A DNA stretch of 64,000 bases from Chitinophaga pinensis (GCA_945861965.1 CAMAWM010000008.1:6353-70352), one strand, 5' to 3'; shown: positions 49,045-59,665, numbered from the stretch's first letter. The notes: generated by a model from the sequence alone, not told the origin. Made by a program: numbers and translations.

Positions 49045-49812
49045 CTAAATTCCAAAGATAATTTTTGAATTCTCTGTCGTTATTTCTGCAATTTTTTCGA
49101 TACTTACATTTTTAATTTCCGCTAATTTTTTTGCAACCTCAAGCAGATAAAAACTTTCGTTTCGTTTGCCGCGATGTGGAACTGGAGCAAGGTAAGGCGA
49201 GTCGGTTTCCAAAACCAAATGCTTCAAATCAATTTCTTTAATAGCTTTATCCAAACCCGAATTTTTGTAAGTTAACACACCACCAATTCCTAAATAAAAA
49301 CCCATTTCTACAATTTGCTTTGCTTGATTTTCATCGCCACTGAAACAATGAAAAATACCACGCAGTTTTGGGTTGTTGATTTCTTTTAAAATTTCAATTA
49401 ATTCAGTTGTTGAATTGCGCGAATGAATAACTATGGGTAGTTCAAAATCAATTGCCCATTGACATTGTTTTTTAAAGGCGATAATTTGTTGATCTTTAAA
49501 TTCAACACTCCAATAAAAATCCAAACCAATTTCTCCAAGCGCATAAAATTTTCGCTTCGAAAAGCACTTATGAATTTGGAAAAGCTGTGCCTCAAAATCT
49601 GCATCCACCGAACAAGGATGCAATCCCATCATTGGAAAACAGTTTTCAGGAAATGTCCAAACCAAATCCAGCATGGGTTGAATGCTGTGAACATCAATAT
49701 TGGGAAGAAAAAATCGAGTTATGTTATTTTCAAGTGCTCGCTGCATCATTTCATTGCGATCTGAAGCAAATTCTTCGGCATATAAATGTGTATGTGTGTC
49801 AGTAAAAATCAT
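49045..49812 (-). CDS. tatD: TatD family deoxyribonuclease
   Basis: DTHTHL, GLHP, GEIGLD, IHSR, FHCFSG, ETDSPYLAP. Start set at ATG 49812. Confidence 0.93.
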   Translation of the reverse strand: MIFTDTHTHLYAEEFASDRNEMMQRALENNITRFFLPNIDVHSIQPMLDLVWTFPENCFPMMGLHPCSVDADFEAQLFQIHKCFSKRKFYALGEIGLDFYWSVEFKDQQIIAFKKQCQWAIDFELPIVIHSRNSTTELIEILKEINNPKLRGIFHCFSGDENQAKQIVEMGFYLGIGGVLTYKNSGLDKAIKEIDLKHLVLETDSPYLAPVPHRGKRNESFYLLEVAKKLAEIKNVSIEKIAEITTENSKIIFGI

Positions 49813-49829
49813 AAAGCTATATTCGCACA

Positions 49830-50576
49830 ATGCGATTTGTTATTAAATTTGCTTTCAAAGGTACAAATTATCACGGCTGGCAAAAACAGCAAAATGCACA
49901 CACTGTTCAAGACGAATTGGATGAAAAATTGAGCATGTTGTTAGGCGAAAAAATTGAAACGCTGGGATGTGGAAGAACAGACACTGGAGTTCATGCACGC
50001 GAATTTTTTGCGCATTTTGATTTTGATAAAACTATTGACTTTGAGAATTTAATTCACAAATTGAATCACACCACTTCGCACGATATTGCAGTGTATAAAA
50101 TCACTCAAGTTGATGAAAATTTTAATGCGCGATTTGATGCTACATGGCGCGAATACGAATATTGTATTTGCACTGTTATAAATCCTTTTTCGGCTGAATT
50201 TGCATGGCAATTTCTACGCAAATTAGATGTTGATGCAATGAACTCAGCGTGTAAAATTTTGTTTAATTACAACGATTTTGAATGTTTTAGCAAAGTGCAA
50301 ACACAAGTAAATAATTTTAAGTGCGAGCTGATGAAAGCCGAATGGAAAATACAAGACGACAACTTAATTTTTACCATACGCGCCAATCGGTTTTTGAGAA
50401 ATATGGTTCGTTCAATTGTTGGTACATTAATTAAAATTGGATTGCATGAAATTGACGAGAATAGTTTGAAAGAAATAATTGAAAGCAAAAAAAGAAGCGA
50501 AGCGGGCCAATCTGTTCCTGCACACGGCTTGTGTTTAACAAAGGTGTTTTATCCTACTCTGTCAACGAAGTTGTAA
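49830..50576 (+). CDS. truA: tRNA pseudouridine(38-40) synthase
   Basis: GTNYHGWQ, GRTDTGVHA, FNARFDA, ANRFLRNMVR, PAHGL. Confidence 0.95.
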   Translation: MRFVIKFAFKGTNYHGWQKQQNAHTVQDELDEKLSMLLGEKIETLGCGRTDTGVHAREFFAHFDFDKTIDFENLIHKLNHTTSHDIAVYKITQVDENFNARFDATWREYEYCICTVINPFSAEFAWQFLRKLDVDAMNSACKILFNYNDFECFSKVQTQVNNFKCELMKAEWKIQDDNLIFTIRANRFLRNMVRSIVGTLIKIGLHEIDENSLKEIIESKKRSEAGQSVPAHGLCLTKVFYPTLSTKL

Positions 50577-51310
50577 ATAGCCGCGTTTAATTTTTCGGGT
50601 TCTTCATACATACTACAATGTGCCGAAGAATCAAGCAAACAAATTTCACTTTGCCTACAAAGACTTGCCTGATTAAGCAAATCAATTTCATTAATAAATG
50701 CATCGTGTTTTCCAATTCCAAAAAACACAGGCAAATCTGTAGTTGCTAATAAATTTAAATTGTTCTCTCTAGAAATCATAGCATGACAGGCATTAATGAA
50801 TCCATCTAATAGAGATTTCATTGCTTCAGAAATCATGAAGTGAATTGTATTTTGATTCTTAATTTTATCAAAAAATAATGTAGGAATAAAGTTTTTCAGA
50901 AAAATTTCTATTCCGTTTTGTTGTAGAAAATTAATTACTTGTTTGCGTTTTTCTTTGCGTTCATCGTTATCATCAACAGCTGTTGAATGCAATAATCCGA
51001 ATGCTTTTAATTGATGAGGAAACATTTTTGCAAATGCAAGAGTTGCATATCCACCCATTGAATGACCAATCATTACACATTGCTTTATTTGCAATTCGTC
51101 AAGCGAAGTTTTTATTTTTTTTGCTAGTTCATTAAACGTAATTCCAGCAATTGGTTCACTCAATCCAAAACCCGGCAAATCAAAAGTGATAACACGAAAA
51201 TGTTTTTGTAATTCATCAACTTGAAAATCAAAACAAGTATTGTTTTCGCAAAAACCATGAAGCAATACCAAGGTTTTAGAGCCAGTTCCGTATGAAAAAT
51301 GATTTAGCAT
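50549..51310 (-). CDS. Alpha/beta hydrolase
   Basis: LLHGF, DLPGFG, GHSMGG nucleophile elbow, G-HD, SAH. Confidence 0.9.
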   Translation of the reverse strand: MLNHFSYGTGSKTLVLLHGFCENNTCFDFQVDELQKHFRVITFDLPGFGLSEPIAGITFNELAKKIKTSLDELQIKQCVMIGHSMGGYATLAFAKMFPHQLKAFGLLHSTAVDDNDERKEKRKQVINFLQQNGIEIFLKNFIPTLFFDKIKNQNTIHFMISEAMKSLLDGFINACHAMISRENNLNLLATTDLPVFFGIGKHDAFINEIDLLNQASLCRQSEICLLDSSAHCSMYEEPEKLNAAIYNFVDRVG

Positions 51311-51319
51311 AAAATAGAA

Positions 51320-52867
51320 TTACGCTTTGTATTCGCCAAATACATTTCTAAAAGTATCTGCTATTTCGCCAAGTGTCGCGTAATTTTCTACCGCATCAAT
51401 AATATGAGGCATTAAATTATTTCCTTCTTTCGCAGTTTGATCAAGTTGTTGCAAACATTGATTTATTTTCTCAGAATCTCGTTCAGCTTTTAATGCATTT
51501 AATTTTTCAATTTGCTGAGTCCGAATATTGTCATCAATTTTAAAAACAGGAGGAGTAGATCCTTCGTTTTGATATTTATTTACACCAACAATTATTTTTT
51601 CATTTCGTTCAATTTCTTTTTGATAACGAAAACTTGCATCTGCAATTTCCTTTTGCATATATCCTTGTTCAATTGCATTTACACTTCCTCCCATTGCGTC
51701 AATTTTTTGGATGTATTTCCATGCTTCATCTTCCACTTTTTGTGTTAGTTCTTCAATAAAATAACTTCCTCCCAATGGATCAACTGTATCAATTACTCCA
51801 CTTTCATGAGCTATAATTTGTTGTGTTCGCAATGCAATCTTAGCTGCATTTTCAGTTGGTAAACTTAATGCTTCGTCAAAACCATTGGTGTGCAAACTTT
51901 GTGTTCCACCCAATACAGCAGCCAATGCCTGCATGGTAACTCGAGCAATATTATTTTCGGCTTGTTGGGCTTGCAAAGTGCTTCCACCAGTTTGTGTATG
52001 AAAACGCAACATCATAGCTTTAGGATTTGTTGCACCAAATTCTTTCGCCATTTTTGCCCACATTCTTCTTGCAGCACGAAACTTTGCAATTTCTTCAAAA
52101 AAATTATTGTGAGCATTAAAGAAAAAGGAAAGTCTTTGTCCAAACACATTGATGTCCAAGCCTTTTTCGATAGCGGCTTTTGTGTATGCTTTTGCGTTTG
52201 ACAATGTGAATGCAATTTCTTGAACTGCCGTACTTCCGGCTTCACGAATATGGTAGCCTGAAATTGAAATTGTATTCCATTTAGGAACCTCTTTACTGCA
52301 ATATTCAAACACATCAGTAATTATGCGCATGCTTGGCTTTGGCGGGTAAATGTATGTTCCACGAGCGGCATATTCTTTCAAAATATCATTTTGAATTGTT
52401 CCTGATATTTTTTTCAAATCAGCACCTTGCTTTTTTGCAAGTGCCAAATAAAATGCAAGCAATGTTGAAGCAGTTGCATTGATGGTCATTGAGGTTGTAA
52501 TTTCTTCTAATTTTATTCCGCCAAACAAAACTTCTATGTCGCGAAGCGAATCAATAGCAACACCAACTTTCCCTACTTCACCTTCGCTCATTGTATGATC
52601 GCTATCGTATCCAATTTGAGTTGGCAAATCAAATGCAACGCTTAATCCTGTAGTTCCATTTGCTAATAAATATTTGTAGCGTTTGTTACTTTCTTCGGCA
52701 GTTGAAAATCCTGCATATTGTCTCATCGTCCACATTTTACCACGATACATATCTTTTTGTATGCCGCGTGTGTACGGAAATTCGCCCGATTTTTCTACTT
52801 CATTACTTGTGGTGTAAAGTTCTTTAATCTCTATCCCACTATCGGTTTTAAAAGTTTTTTTTGTCAA
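51320..52867 (-). CDS. Methylmalonyl-CoA mutase, substrate-binding large subunit (B12-binding domain encoded separately)
   Basis: [45 protein letters not shown]; no DxHxxG domain. The Tyr and Arg specificity residues match methylmalonyl-CoA. Confidence 0.9.
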   Translation of the reverse strand: MTKKTFKTDSGIEIKELYTTSNEVEKSGEFPYTRGIQKDMYRGKMWTMRQYAGFSTAEESNKRYKYLLANGTTGLSVAFDLPTQIGYDSDHTMSEGEVGKVGVAIDSLRDIEVLFGGIKLEEITTSMTINATASTLLAFYLALAKKQGADLKKISGTIQNDILKEYAARGTYIYPPKPSMRIITDVFEYCSKEVPKWNTISISGYHIREAGSTAVQEIAFTLSNAKAYTKAAIEKGLDINVFGQRLSFFFNAHNNFFEEIAKFRAARRMWAKMAKEFGATNPKAMMLRFHTQTGGSTLQAQQAENNIARVTMQALAAVLGGTQSLHTNGFDEALSLPTENAAKIALRTQQIIAHESGVIDTVDPLGGSYFIEELTQKVEDEAWKYIQKIDAMGGSVNAIEQGYMQKEIADASFRYQKEIERNEKIIVGVNKYQNEGSTPPVFKIDDNIRTQQIEKLNALKAERDSEKINQCLQQLDQTAKEGNNLMPHIIDAVENYATLGEIADTFRNVFGEYKA

Positions 52868-52922
52868 AATAAATTGTATTAATTCTCCGCTTCACCTTTC
52901 ATTCAATGTCAACAAATGGAAT

Positions 52923-53459
52923 TTATCCAAAGATTAAATCAAATTCTTTTTTAATAAACACAAGTGCTTTATGTGTAGGAATTTCTTCCATTGTTAGCAT
53001 GGTTCTAAAAACAGCTTTGCTTAAATCAAGCCCAACGGAATTTGGTCCTAAATCAGCAAATGAAGTATTTACAATATTTATCATTTCCTCTTTCACGGTT
53101 CGCACTACCTGCCAACATTGAAGACTTACAAATAACTGTTGCGAAATGTTGTGGTTAAATTCAGAGTTAATGTCGTCAATTAACTCAAGTTTAAGTTGCG
53201 AAGCTGCAATACCAGGTTTGTGAATTCGCATTATTAAACTTTCGGGGCTTAATCTTTCCATCAACAAAATCAAGCGTTCGTAAGCTTGCAATTTCAAAGG
53301 TTGCATAGATTTAATTAAATCAGCACGAATGTCGAGCACACGCTTACGATATTCGTCATCAAAAAAAGATTTTAGCTGAAAGTAGGTTACCAAAAATGTA
53401 ACTAAAGCTGGCAGCAAGTATTTTAGAAATTCGAGAAATAGACTTAATCCTTCGTTCAT
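52923..53459 (-). CDS. Conserved hypothetical Bacteroidota membrane-anchored protein
   Basis: N-terminal TM; LKLQAYERL-L-MERL-P and EFNHNISQQLFVS pattern. Confidence 0.75.
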   Translation of the reverse strand: MNEGLSLFLEFLKYLLPALVTFLVTYFQLKSFFDDEYRKRVLDIRADLIKSMQPLKLQAYERLILLMERLSPESLIMRIHKPGIAASQLKLELIDDINSEFNHNISQQLFVSLQCWQVVRTVKEEMINIVNTSFADLGPNSVGLDLSKAVFRTMLTMEEIPTHKALVFIKKEFDLIFG

Positions 53460-53546
53460 TTTAAATTGTAATTAGTAGGCGAAAATAGTTTTTTGTTTCT
53501 AATTTCTAAAAGCCAAGATCTGCATACTAACTTCTATATTCGCAGC

Positions 53547-54824
53547 ATGAATGTTTTATTATTAGGATCTGGAGGACGCGAGCATGCATTTGCGTACAAA
53601 CTAACTCAAAGTAAGCATTGCAAGCAATTGTTTATTGCACCCGGAAATCCAGGAACAGCAAAGCATGGAATCAATGTAAACATAAAACTAAACGATTTTG
53701 AAGAACTTGGAAAATTTTGCATGCAACAAAATATTTCTTTGCTAATTGTTGGTCCAGAAGAACCCTTGGTTAATGGAATTAGAGATTTTTTTGAAGCAGA
53801 CAAAAATCTTGCAAACATAAAATTTATTGGTCCTGGAAAATTAGGCGCACAATTGGAAGGGAGTAAAGATTTCAGCAAGGATTTCATGATAAAATACAAA
53901 ATACCTACTGCAAATTACAAAACATTTACTTCTGAAAATTTGCACGATGGAATGGAGTATGTAAAAAAACACAGTTTGCCAGTTGTGTTAAAAGCAGATG
54001 GACTTGCAGCAGGAAAAGGCGTTCTTATTTTAAATGACAACGAAGTTGCTGTAAATGAAATTCGGGCCATGATTGAAAACAAAAAATTTGGCAATGCAAG
54101 CGATAAAGTTGTTGTTGAAGAATATTTAAATGGAATTGAACTTTCTGTTTTTGTATTAAGCGATGGAACAAATTATAAAATTCTTCCAACGGCAAAAGAT
54201 TACAAACGCATAGGCGAAAACGATTCGGGCTTAAATACAGGTGGAATGGGCGCTGTTTCTCCAGTTCCATTTGCCGATGAAGCGTATTTGAAAAAAGTGG
54301 ATGAGAGAATCATTAAGCCAACTATTGAAGGATTAAAAAATGAAAATATAAACTATGTCGGATTTATTTTTATTGGATTGATGTCGGTGAATGGCGAACC
54401 ATTTGTTATTGAATACAATTGCCGAATGGGCGATCCAGAAACAGAAGTTGTGCTTCCATTAATTAAATCTGATTTGCTTGAAATGTTAGTGGCATGCGCT
54501 GATGGAAAATTGGATGAATATGAATTGCTGATTGATGATTTGGCAGCTGCAACTGTAATGCTGGTTTCTGCTGGTTATCCTGGCGATTATGAAAAAGGAA
54601 AACAAATAATCGGAATTGACGACATACAAAACTCGCAACTTTTTCATGCAGGAACTCAACTAAATGAGAATGGCGAACTTTGCACTAATGGTGGGCGAGT
54701 AATGGCAATTACTTCTTTTGGAAAAAATATAAATGAGGCCGTTTCTGTTTCAATAAACAATGCCAAATTAATTCAATACGAAGGGAAATATTTTAGAAAA
54801 GATATTGGATTCGAATTTTTATAG
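53547..54824 (+). CDS. purD: Phosphoribosylamine--glycine ligase
   Basis: GSGGREHA, VGPEEPL, LEGSK, KADGLAAGKGV, NTGGMG, EYNCRMGDPE, GGRV. Start set at ATG 53547. Confidence 0.96.
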   Translation: MNVLLLGSGGREHAFAYKLTQSKHCKQLFIAPGNPGTAKHGINVNIKLNDFEELGKFCMQQNISLLIVGPEEPLVNGIRDFFEADKNLANIKFIGPGKLGAQLEGSKDFSKDFMIKYKIPTANYKTFTSENLHDGMEYVKKHSLPVVLKADGLAAGKGVLILNDNEVAVNEIRAMIENKKFGNASDKVVVEEYLNGIELSVFVLSDGTNYKILPTAKDYKRIGENDSGLNTGGMGAVSPVPFADEAYLKKVDERIIKPTIEGLKNENINYVGFIFIGLMSVNGEPFVIEYNCRMGDPETEVVLPLIKSDLLEMLVACADGKLDEYELLIDDLAAATVMLVSAGYPGDYEKGKQIIGIDDIQNSQLFHAGTQLNENGELCTNGGRVMAITSFGKNINEAVSVSINNAKLIQYEGKYFRKDIGFEFL

Positions 54825-54837
54825 AAGCAATTTATTT

Positions 54838-57051
54838 TTAAAACTTCCAACTCAAAGTAACAAAATAATTTCGACCGGCTGCTGCAAAAAATAAGGGCGT
54901 GGTTCCTTTTACGCCAAATTCGTCTATTGTATTTGTTGCGCTTGCAACGCTTCCCGATGTGCAATATTTTTCGTTAAGTAAATTATTTAATTGAATGCTT
55001 AAAACAGGCTTGCCTGATTTTATCCATTTATCAAGTTGAATAGATAGTTTGGAATCCAAAAAATTAAATTCAGGAACTGCAATGTTTTTATCTTCGCTAT
55101 TATCCAAATATTGGATGCTAACATATCGCCACAAAAAGTCGAAACTTAGCCATTGAGTTGCGTTTATTTTTATTCCCTGATTGATAATTACAGAAGGCGA
55201 TAATGCTAAATTTACATTGTTGTAAGTTAAAACGGAATCGGAGTATGCGTATGTAGTTTTATAAAACTGCGTTACTTTATCAATCTTATTTTTGCTGAAA
55301 GAAGATTGATTATAAACTTGCAAAAAGTTATTTATTTTATAATGCACATCCAATTCAAGTCCCATGCGGTAGCTGGCTTTAACATTAGTAGTTACAGGAT
55401 ATCCAAAATTATTTAATTGTCCCAAACCGATAATTTGATTTTCAAATTGCATAAGAAAAATAGTCGCTTTTGATTTGAATTTTCGATGGGTAAATTCATA
55501 CCCAAGTTCGCTGTTCAAAACGCTTTCTGATTTTATATCGTTTTGCTTTGTTTCGTGTGTTGCAAAATCATCCTGAAAATAATCAAACCGTGTTGGTTCT
55601 CTACTGCTTTGCCCTTGCATCAAATACATTTTATGCAATGCATTAAACGTATAAGTAAATCCGCATCTCCAATTAAAAAATAGCCATTTCATGTTTTCGA
55701 CTGAATAGTTGAATTGCCTAATTTGCATTGGTGTTTCTTTGTATTTAAAAGTAGAAATTCTACTTTGTAAATCAACAAATAAATTTGCTTTGGAATTATT
55801 AAAATGTTCGTTGAATTTTATAAAAACACTCGCCTCGTTTTTGTTTCCTGTGTTAAAATATACGCGATGATTTTGTTGAAATTCTAAAGGCAAAATACTT
55901 CCATAGTTTATCTCCATAAAATGATTGCTGGAAAAACTATTTACATGAATTCCACTGGTTAAATCCCAACTGGTTTTTCTGAAATTGTATGTTAAAAATC
56001 CACCATAAAATGTTTGATCCAGTCTGTACGAAGTCATCATGTTTCCAGCAGTTTTCAGCGTATCGTTATTGCTTATTACATCGGGCAAATTGAAATAACT
56101 AAAAGGCATTCCCCAAGATTGAGGAAACATAAATTGGAATTGAGGGGCCGAACTTCTGACGAAATAAACAGATGAAAATAAATAATTATTTGCGTTGAAT
56201 TTATAAGTGTATTGTAACTGATAAAATTGTTGATTGAATTTATCGCTTTCGCCATTTATAAATGAGTTTGATTTTGCGTTAAGATCCAACGTTGTTTTAT
56301 CAACTCCTAAATAGGATAGTTGATTTTCGGCAAAGCCACCAAAAGCATTGAATTTAAGCATCGCATTTTTCATTTTATAGCCAGCGCTAAAAAGGTATGA
56401 ACGGATTTGCGATCCAGAATTTTTACGATACCCATCCGTGTTTAATTGTCCAAACCGTGCATAAAACATGAATTTATTTTGCAACAAACCGCTTTGCATT
56501 TCTACACTTGTTCGTTGCGAGTTAAAAGATCCTACACCTTCGTTTATTGAAACCTCAGACGCTTCATTTAAATTTTTTGTTAGAATATTTATTGAACCTC
56601 CAAAAGCCGAAGTTCCGTTGGTTGAAGTCCCGATTCCGCGTTGAATTTGAACACTTTCAGCACTGCTCATTAGGTCAGCAAAATTGTTAAAAAAAACACC
56701 TTGGTTTTCTGGATCGTTAATCGGAATTCCGTTTACTGTTGTGTTAATGCGCGTTTGATCCATTCCGCGAAGTCTAAAAAAACTATATCCAATTCCAGTT
56801 CCATTGTCGCTATACATATTTACCGATGGAGTTGAATTAATCAAACTTGGAACATCTGCACCAAAATATTTTGCTTCTATTTGTTTTCGGTTTAATGTGG
56901 TTTGTGTTATTGGTTTTTGTTCGTCAACTTTGATTGAATGAACCACAAATTCTTGTAATTCGTTTTGTTTATTAAGGATAGATGAGTCGCTTTGACAAAA
57001 AATTGATTTGCTGAAAACCATTGTCAATACAAAGAAGAATTTTTTAAACAT
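54838..57051 (-). CDS. TonB-dependent receptor, probable thiamine transporter
   Basis: Plug motifs (RLRG-DQTRIN-T-NGIP-NDPE, QRGIGTSTNG), C-terminal Phe, and position directly downstream of a TPP riboswitch. Confidence 0.88.
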   Translation of the reverse strand: MFKKFFFVLTMVFSKSIFCQSDSSILNKQNELQEFVVHSIKVDEQKPITQTTLNRKQIEAKYFGADVPSLINSTPSVNMYSDNGTGIGYSFFRLRGMDQTRINTTVNGIPINDPENQGVFFNNFADLMSSAESVQIQRGIGTSTNGTSAFGGSINILTKNLNEASEVSINEGVGSFNSQRTSVEMQSGLLQNKFMFYARFGQLNTDGYRKNSGSQIRSYLFSAGYKMKNAMLKFNAFGGFAENQLSYLGVDKTTLDLNAKSNSFINGESDKFNQQFYQLQYTYKFNANNYLFSSVYFVRSSAPQFQFMFPQSWGMPFSYFNLPDVISNNDTLKTAGNMMTSYRLDQTFYGGFLTYNFRKTSWDLTSGIHVNSFSSNHFMEINYGSILPLEFQQNHRVYFNTGNKNEASVFIKFNEHFNNSKANLFVDLQSRISTFKYKETPMQIRQFNYSVENMKWLFFNWRCGFTYTFNALHKMYLMQGQSSREPTRFDYFQDDFATHETKQNDIKSESVLNSELGYEFTHRKFKSKATIFLMQFENQIIGLGQLNNFGYPVTTNVKASYRMGLELDVHYKINNFLQVYNQSSFSKNKIDKVTQFYKTTYAYSDSVLTYNNVNLALSPSVIINQGIKINATQWLSFDFLWRYVSIQYLDNSEDKNIAVPEFNFLDSKLSIQLDKWIKSGKPVLSIQLNNLLNEKYCTSGSVASATNTIDEFGVKGTTPLFFAAAGRNYFVTLSWKF

Positions 57052-57157
57052 AGTATTAGAATATAAAATTAAACTAAGTCAAATGCTAGGGTTGCAAATG
57101 CTTTATAAAAAATAACCCAATAATGAAGAGTGGAAATTTATAGAAAAACGATCCATC

Positions 57158-57265
57158 CTTCTTCCCTTCGCAGGCATTATCCTGAACAGGTTTTATGGGT
57201 GTTATCTCAGACAGATAGATTGAAAAGTTTTTGGCTTTACAAATCATCCACCACCCCAAAAAGAC
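57158..57265 (-). ncRNA. TPP riboswitch
   Basis: Minus strand GGGGTG...CTGAGATAACACCCATAAAACCTGTTCAGGATAATGCCTGCGAAGGGAAG matches the thi-box core; -7 box TATTTTTG at 57270-57277. Confidence 0.93.
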
Positions 57266-57319
57266 GATGCAAAAATAAAAGTAGAATTTAATTAATCAAG
57301 AAAAGATTTGAACCAATTG

Positions 57320-58537
57320 TTAAACTTTGGCAGCTGAAGTTCCTGCAATAAATCCTGTAGTCCATGCAGCTTGAAAATTGAATCCGCCTGTAAATCCGTC
57401 AATATCCAAAACTTCGCCAGCAAAATGCAATCCTTTTACTTTGCGACTTTGCATGTTTTTAAAATCAACATCATTTAATCCAACTCCACCGCAGGTTACA
57501 AATTCTTCTTTAAAAGTAGTTTTGCCTTTTACTTGGTACGCATCAAAAAGTAAATTTTGAGTAAGCGTTGTTATTTGTTCTTTTGAAATCTCAGCCCAGT
57601 TTTTTTTCTGGTCAATTTTTGATTTTAAAAATAAATAATCTAACAAGCGAACAGGTAATTTAAAAGGGAATAAATTTTTTACGGTTTTATTTGGATTTGC
57701 CGCCTTAATATTCATTAATTCTGTTCGGCAAGCATCCTCTTTTTTATTATTTATCCAACCAATCTGAATGGTAAAATCATAGTTTATTTCAGTCATTAAT
57801 CGAGCAGCAATGCTTGATAATTTTAATACTACTGGTCCGCTAAGTCCCCAATGTGTAATTAAAACAGGTCCTGAAAGTTCTGTTTTTAATTCAGGGATTT
57901 TGATTCTTGCTGATTCAACAGAAATCCCACTTAAATTTATCACATCACTATCCGGAATATTAAATGTAAACAGCGAAGGAACTGGTTCAATAATTTCGTG
58001 ACCAAGAGATTTTATCCAGCTGTAGTTTTCAAGTTTTTGACCGCCACCAGCCGTAATTATAGTTTTTTGGCATTCTATTATTTCACCATCTGCAAGATGA
58101 ATTTTAAATCCACCGTCAAGAGGTTCTATTCGTTTTACTTCTTTGTTTAATTCAATTTCAATTTTTAGTTTTTTTGCTTCACTCATCAAACAATTAATAA
58201 CTGTTTCTGAATTATCAGATGTAGGAAACATTCTTCCATCGCTTTCTGTTTTTAGTTTCACTTTGCGACTTTCAAACCAGTTAATAGTGTCTGTAGTCAT
58301 AAACTTGCTAAAAGCACTTTTCAAATGTTTTTCGCCACGAGGATAAGCAAGTGAAAGTTGTTTTAAGTCGAAACAAGAGTGCGCAAGATTGCATCTTCCG
58401 CCCCCCGAAACTTTAACTTTTTGAAGTAGTTTAGAAGTTTTTTCTAAGATCACTACTTCTGCATCTTTGTTTGTAGATGCAGCATGTATGGCTGAAAAAA
58501 AACCTGCAGCGCCACCGCCTATAACTATAATTTTCAC
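57320..58537 (-). CDS. HI0933/BaiN family NAD(P)/FAD-dependent oxidoreductase
   Basis: GGGAAG, KVKVSGGGRCN, GRMFP, THWGLSGP, VTCGGV, GEVLDIDGFTGGFNFQ. Confidence 0.92.
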   Translation of the reverse strand: MKIIVIGGGAAGFFSAIHAASTNKDAEVVILEKTSKLLQKVKVSGGGRCNLAHSCFDLKQLSLAYPRGEKHLKSAFSKFMTTDTINWFESRKVKLKTESDGRMFPTSDNSETVINCLMSEAKKLKIEIELNKEVKRIEPLDGGFKIHLADGEIIECQKTIITAGGGQKLENYSWIKSLGHEIIEPVPSLFTFNIPDSDVINLSGISVESARIKIPELKTELSGPVLITHWGLSGPVVLKLSSIAARLMTEINYDFTIQIGWINNKKEDACRTELMNIKAANPNKTVKNLFPFKLPVRLLDYLFLKSKIDQKKNWAEISKEQITTLTQNLLFDAYQVKGKTTFKEEFVTCGGVGLNDVDFKNMQSRKVKGLHFAGEVLDIDGFTGGFNFQAAWTTGFIAGTSAAKV

Positions 58538-58614
58538 TTTTATATTAATGTAATTATGGGTTGCAAAAATATAACTATTTCAGGAATATAAAAAAGCACC
58601 TGAGATTTAATAGT

Positions 58615-59601
58615 TTATTGCTCTCTGTAAATAACTTCAAGTAGCGTTTGCCCCACTGCTTTTAGCGTGTTGCGATCAATGTTATTCATATTGTCGTTTG
58701 CCGTATGCCACCAAGGCGCAAAGCCCGTTCCGCTTGTTTCGCTATAATGTATGATGTCAATTGTCGGAATTTTAGCCAACTCATTTATGTACAAATGATC
58801 GTCTGTTATGCCTCCTTTTTTGTAGTAATAAAACCAATTAGAAAAACCAAGATTGATTGCCAAATCCCAAACTTTTCTCAAAACGGGTTCTGCATAATCT
58901 ACACTTGTTTCTTCCCAAACGAATTTTGCATTTTTCCCGCCAACCATATCCATCAGTATTCCAAATTCGGCTTTATAATTGGGCTTGTGCAAGTTTTTTG
59001 ACCAATACTGCGAACCTAAACAAAAAGAATTTTCGTATTCTGATTTTCCTAAATCTTCTGCATCAAAACAAATAAAATCAACGCCAACATTCGGCAATTT
59101 TTTGTTTAGAATTCTTGCCATTTCCAACATTATTCCCACTCCACTTGCGCCATCGTCTGCCGCTAAAATTGGCTTGTTGCGGTTGGTTTCTAATGAATCA
59201 TTATCTGCATACGGCCTACTGTCCCAATGCGTACAAATCAAAATTCGTTTTTTGGCTTCGGGATTGTATTCGGCTATTATATTAATAATAGGAAGTTTTG
59301 GATTGTCAAAATGCTTTACTTCGGCTTTTTGTTCAATTGTATGTGCGCCATATTTTTTAAATTGACTAACAATCCAATTAGCACATTTTAAATTTGCTGA
59401 ACTTGCTGTAACGCGCGAACCAAAATCTACTTGTTTTTGTATGAAAAAATAAGCGGAATCCGAGTTGAATTCGGGAGAAGTTTTTTTGAATGCAGCTTGT
59501 TGAATATCCGAATTTTTATTTTGGATTTCAGGCACATCAGTACACGATGTAATAACCAATAGCAGTGAAAAATAATTCAGGATTTTCTTTTTCAAATTCA
59601 T
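58615..59601 (-). CDS. M28-fold lipoprotein, probable glutaminyl cyclase
   Basis: Lipobox ITSC; QVDFGSR, HWDSRP, GADDGASG, FDAED, DMVG, DDH, WHT. Confidence 0.78.
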   Translation of the reverse strand: MNLKKKILNYFSLLLVITSCTDVPEIQNKNSDIQQAAFKKTSPEFNSDSAYFFIQKQVDFGSRVTASSANLKCANWIVSQFKKYGAHTIEQKAEVKHFDNPKLPIINIIAEYNPEAKKRILICTHWDSRPYADNDSLETNRNKPILAADDGASGVGIMLEMARILNKKLPNVGVDFICFDAEDLGKSEYENSFCLGSQYWSKNLHKPNYKAEFGILMDMVGGKNAKFVWEETSVDYAEPVLRKVWDLAINLGFSNWFYYYKKGGITDDHLYINELAKIPTIDIIHYSETSGTGFAPWWHTANDNMNNIDRNTLKAVGQTLLEVIYREQ

Positions 59602-59665
59602 TTTTCAAATCTAATCAATTCACGCTTGATGTGTTTAACGTAAAGATTTTTCCGCCTTTTTTAAT

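Noticed and set aside
51320..52867. Isobutyryl-CoA or other variant acyl-CoA mutase
   Set aside because: RQYAGF (Tyr) and YHIREAG (Arg) are the methylmalonyl-CoA-type specificity residues.
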